A stretch of DNA of 64,000 nt from positions 391,928-455,927 of the forward strand of contig CASFKG010000001.1 in the NCBI GenBank assembly GCA_949295325.1, written 5' to 3'. Position numbers and translations under genes: made by a program. Shown one piece after another: positions 60,681 through 64,000 of the stretch; position 1 is the first letter of the stretch; each line of letters begins with the position of its first letter. This DNA is from an uncultured bacterium. Lineage in GTDB: Bacteria > Bacillota_I > Bacilli_A > RFN20 > CAG-826. The notes beneath the pieces were generated by a model. That model made no database searches and was not told the origin of the DNA. It was given only the letters and a program-made list of their open reading frames with translations.

Positions 60681-62461
60681 GAACGGTCAAGATATTGGCC
60701 CGTTACCTCAAGGGGTTCTGGGGCGTTACCGTCTTGACCTGGATTCTCGTTTTGCTTGAATCCGGTTGCGACGTCGGCATTGCCTTCGTCCTCCAGTATC
60801 TTTCTCAGGCCGTTAACGAAGCCTATAGCGGCGGTCTTGGCGCGGTAACGGAAGCGATGAACGAAATATATCTTTATTCCGGCATCATCATCGCCCTCGC
60901 TTTCGGTGGGGCCTTTACCGGCATCTGGGCCGGTTTCACCGCGGCCAAAGCCGCTACCGGATTCGGTCGCAATCTCCGCAAGGGGATGTATTACCGCATC
61001 CAAACCTTCAGTTTCGACAACATCGACAAGTTCTCGACTTCCTCGATCGTTACCCGCATGACCACCGACGTCACCAACGTCCAAAACGCCTTCATGCAGA
61101 TAATAAGGGCCGTAATGCGTTCGCCCTTTTTGCTCATAATCTCTATCGTCATGGCCTTCATTGTCGCGCCGGAGGTGGCTTGGGTATTCCTCATCATCGT
61201 GCCCTTGGTCCTCGGTATCCTGATCGTCTTGGCCACCATCGTGCACCCCCTGTTCGTAAAGGTATTCGATACCTATGACGAATTGAACGAAGACGTCCAG
61301 GAAAACATCGACGGCGTCAGGGTCGTAAAATCCTTCAACCTTCAGGACAAGGCCAAGGAGAAATTCTCCGGCGTGAGCCTTTTCATCTTCAAGTGCTTCT
61401 CCAAAGCCGAGAAGATGTTGGCCTTCAATGCCCCGACCATGAACCTTGCCGTTTACCTGGCCATGATTGCCCTTGCCGTCCTCGGCGGACAACTTATCGT
61501 TGCCAACGCTTCCGATCCGACCCAAGGCTTCGAGGCCGGGGTCCTTACCACCTTATTCATGTACGTCCAGCTCATCATGCTATCCATGATGCTCATTTCC
61601 ATGGTCTACACGATGATCATCATCGCCCGTAACTCGAGCGAACGTATCGCTGCCGTGTTGACCGAGGAAAGCAACCTCGTTTCGCCGCAAAACGGACTTA
61701 AGAGCATCGATAACGGTTCGGTCGTCTTCGACCACGTCGATTTCGGCTACAGGAGTTCCGGAGGCAAGCTGGTGCTCCACGATATCGACATGAAGATCGA
61801 TTCCGGCGCTTCGATCGGCATCATCGGCGGCATCGGGTCCGGCAAGACCACGCTGATCAGCCTCATCGCCCGTCTTTATGACACCACCAAGGGGAACGTC
61901 CTCGTGGGCGGACATAACGTAAAGGAATACGACCTGGTTTCGCTCCGCGATTCCGTCGCCGTCGTCCTCCAGAAGAACACGTTGTTCACCGGCACCATCC
62001 GCGACAACCTGAAGTGGGGCAACGAAAACGCCACCGACGACGAAATCAAGGAGGTCTGCCGCATCGCCCAGGCCGACTCCTTCGTCGAGTCTTTCCCGGA
62101 CAAGTACGATACGATGCTCGTCGAAGGCGGCACCAACGTCTCCGGCGGACAAAAACAGAGGCTTTGTATCGCAAGGGCCCTCCTGAAGAATCCCAAGATC
62201 CTGATTCTCGACGATTCCACCAACGCGGTCGATACCCATACCGACGCGCTCATCCGGAACGAACTGCAGCACAAGATGCCCGGACTTACCCGCATCATCA
62301 TCGCCCAGCGCATCCTTTCGATCCGCGAGTGCGACGAAATATACGTCATGGATGAAGGACGCATAATCGCGCACGGTAGCAACGACGAGCTTATGGAAAC
62401 ATGTTCCGTCTATCGCGAACTCTACGAGTCGCAGCTAGGAGGAGGTGACTTCGATGAGTAA
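60677..62461 (+). CDS. ABC exporter, fused TMD-NBD half-transporter (subunit 1 of heterodimer)
   Basis: 6-TM N-terminal domain, then NBD with Walker A GGIGSGKTT, signature VSGGQKQRLCIARA and Walker B ILILDDS. Confidence 0.9.
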   Translation: MRTVKILARYLKGFWGVTVLTWILVLLESGCDVGIAFVLQYLSQAVNEAYSGGLGAVTEAMNEIYLYSGIIIALAFGGAFTGIWAGFTAAKAATGFGRNLRKGMYYRIQTFSFDNIDKFSTSSIVTRMTTDVTNVQNAFMQIIRAVMRSPFLLIISIVMAFIVAPEVAWVFLIIVPLVLGILIVLATIVHPLFVKVFDTYDELNEDVQENIDGVRVVKSFNLQDKAKEKFSGVSLFIFKCFSKAEKMLAFNAPTMNLAVYLAMIALAVLGGQLIVANASDPTQGFEAGVLTTLFMYVQLIMLSMMLISMVYTMIIIARNSSERIAAVLTEESNLVSPQNGLKSIDNGSVVFDHVDFGYRSSGGKLVLHDIDMKIDSGASIGIIGGIGSGKTTLISLIARLYDTTKGNVLVGGHNVKEYDLVSLRDSVAVVLQKNTLFTGTIRDNLKWGNENATDDEIKEVCRIAQADSFVESFPDKYDTMLVEGGTNVSGGQKQRLCIARALLKNPKILILDDSTNAVDTHTDALIRNELQHKMPGLTRIIIAQRILSIRECDEIYVMDEGRIIAHGSNDELMETCSVYRELYESQLGGGDFDE

Positions 62462-64000
62462 CAACGTCCATATGGCAGCGGCCAAGAAACTCGAATCCAT
62501 CACCAACAAGCAGAAGCTCGGTTCGGTGAAGAGGCTCCTCGGCTATGTCTTCAAGTATTACAAACTGCAGTTTGCCATCGTCGTGGTCTGCATCGTCCTT
62601 TCCAGCTTCGCCGGCGTTTTCGGCTCCTACTTCCTCGGTGTCGTCACCAACTTGGTGAACCCCCTGACCCCGGTCGACAACGAGTGGTACAACTACGTAA
62701 ACGGCGTTTTCGATTGGGCACGCTTCTACGGCATCATCGGCATAATGGCCGCGGTATACGTGGTCGGCATAGTTTCCTCGTATTTCTACAACCGTCAGAT
62801 GGTTGTCTTGTCCCAAGGCGTGCAGAAACGCATCAGGGACCAGCTGTTTACCCACATGCTTGATTTGCCGGTCAGTTATTTCGATACCAGGACCCACGGC
62901 GACATCATGTCGGTCTACACCAACGACGTCGATGCCCTGAACGAAATGCTCAGCCGCGTTTTGCCGATGATCGTCTCCTCTTTCATCACCATGTTCGCGG
63001 TATTCGTGATGATGGTAGTGACTTCTTGGATGCTGTCGCTCATCGTCATCGCCTTCGCCTTGTTCATATTCTGGTTGACCTTCTTTTTCGCGAAGACCTC
63101 CAGCAAGTACTTCATAAGGCAGCAAGGGGCCTTGGGCGCGACCGACGGATACATCGAAGAGATGACCAACGGCCAGCGCGTCATCAAGGTCTTCAACTAC
63201 GAGGAAAGGGCCAAGAAAGGCTTCGACGAGCTTAACGACGCCCTCTTCCTTTCGGCGAGAAAGGCCTCGAGCTACGCCTCGATTCTCATGCCCGCGGTAA
63301 GCCAGCTAGGCAACCTCCAGTACGCCCTGATCGGGCTAATCGGTGGCATCCTCGTCGTAAACGGCATCGGAGGCTTGGACTTCGGCATAATCGTCTCTTT
63401 CCTTCTATACAGCAAATCGTTCACCCAGCCGATCGGCCAGATCAGCCAGCAGATGAACATCGTCGCCCTCGCCCTCGCCGGATCGGTTAGAATCTTCGAG
63501 ATAATCGACGCGCCGGTGGAAGTCGACGACGGCTATGTCGAACTCGTCAATGCCAAGGAAGGCGAGAACGGGGAAATAATCGAAACCACGGAGAGGACCG
63601 GCCGCTGGGCCTGGAAGCACCCGCACCACGACGGCCATACCGACTACAAGTGGATGCAGGGAAAGATCGACTTCTATAACGTCGATTTCTCCTATATCCC
63701 CGGCAAGACCATCTTGCACGACATAACCCTCTATGCCAAACCCGGCCAGAAGATCGCTTTCGTCGGTCCTACCGGCGCCGGCAAGACGACCATAACGAAC
63801 CTCATCAACCGCTTCTACGACATCGAAGACGGGAAGATCCGCTATGACGACATCAATATCAACAAGATAAAGAAAGCGGACCTGAGGCGTTCCCTCGGCA
63901 TCGTTCTGCAAGACGTCAAGCTATTCACCGGGACCGTCAAAGAAAACATCCGTTACGGAAGGCTCGATGCCACGGACGAGGAAGTCTATGCGGCGGCCAA
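62454..64000 (+). CDS. ABC exporter, fused TMD-NBD half-transporter (subunit 2, 3' end outside window)
   Basis: Open frame from ATG 62454 to the window end. 6-TM domain and Walker A VGPTGAGKTT near 63769. Overlaps the upstream subunit by 8 nt. Confidence 0.85.
   Translation, partial: MSNNVHMAAAKKLESITNKQKLGSVKRLLGYVFKYYKLQFAIVVVCIVLSSFAGVFGSYFLGVVTNLVNPLTPVDNEWYNYVNGVFDWARFYGIIGIMAAVYVVGIVSSYFYNRQMVVLSQGVQKRIRDQLFTHMLDLPVSYFDTRTHGDIMSVYTNDVDALNEMLSRVLPMIVSSFITMFAVFVMMVVTSWMLSLIVIAFALFIFWLTFFFAKTSSKYFIRQQGALGATDGYIEEMTNGQRVIKVFNYEERAKKGFDELNDALFLSARKASSYASILMPAVSQLGNLQYALIGLIGGILVVNGIGGLDFGIIVSFLLYSKSFTQPIGQISQQMNIVALALAGSVRIFEIIDAPVEVDDGYVELVNAKEGENGEIIETTERTGRWAWKHPHHDGHTDYKWMQGKIDFYNVDFSYIPGKTILHDITLYAKPGQKIAFVGPTGAGKTTITNLINRFYDIEDGKIRYDDININKIKKADLRRSLGIVLQDVKLFTGTVKENIRYGRLDATDEEVYAAA

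Noticed and set aside
60620-61525. 301-aa minus-strand ORF opposite the first ABC exporter gene
   Set aside because: Antisense to a gene with canonical ABC motifs. Gly/Asp/Val-rich composition.

Overview
This 64-kb window is gene-dense, roughly 55-60% GC, standard genetic code, and covers the chromosomal replication origin of a bacterium whose gene order matches Firmicutes/Tenericutes (Bacillus-like). The origin backbone is rpmH-rnpA-yidC-jag-mnmE on the plus strand and dnaA-dnaN-yaaA-recF-gyrB-gyrA on the minus strand. DnaA-box clusters sit on both sides of dnaA. Housekeeping blocks follow: serS/tadA, tatD-rnmV-ksgA-ispE-glmU, ppdK, pth-mfd, and S4-tilS-ftsH-dus. I found no rRNA, tRNA, CRISPR array, transposase, integrase or phage genes. 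Most non-coding DNA is short Rho-independent terminators and promoter regions. The clearly accessory part is a roughly 15-kb island at about 40.2-55.3 kb. It encodes an ABC sugar importer, a 790-aa lipoprotein with glycosidase-like helical repeats, and two paralogous membrane-anchored surface proteins built from a repeated roughly 200-aa beta-rich module that I do not recognise. It also encodes a GH2 glycosidase co-transcribed with a membrane protein and an ABC ATPase, plus an AraC regulator. Near-perfect catabolite-responsive-element (cre) palindromes precede the importer operon and one of the surface-protein genes. This island is my best candidate for an undescribed system, probably a glycan capture and degradation system. 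Other oddities are a TilS homolog with a degenerate PP-loop, an unusual four-gene overlapping operon (MacB-like ABC, P-type ATPase, PsuG, TetR), and an unknown 338-aa protein inserted between gyrA and serS. All coordinates come from reading the provided sequence and ORF track. All functional calls rest on motifs recognised by eye, not database searches.
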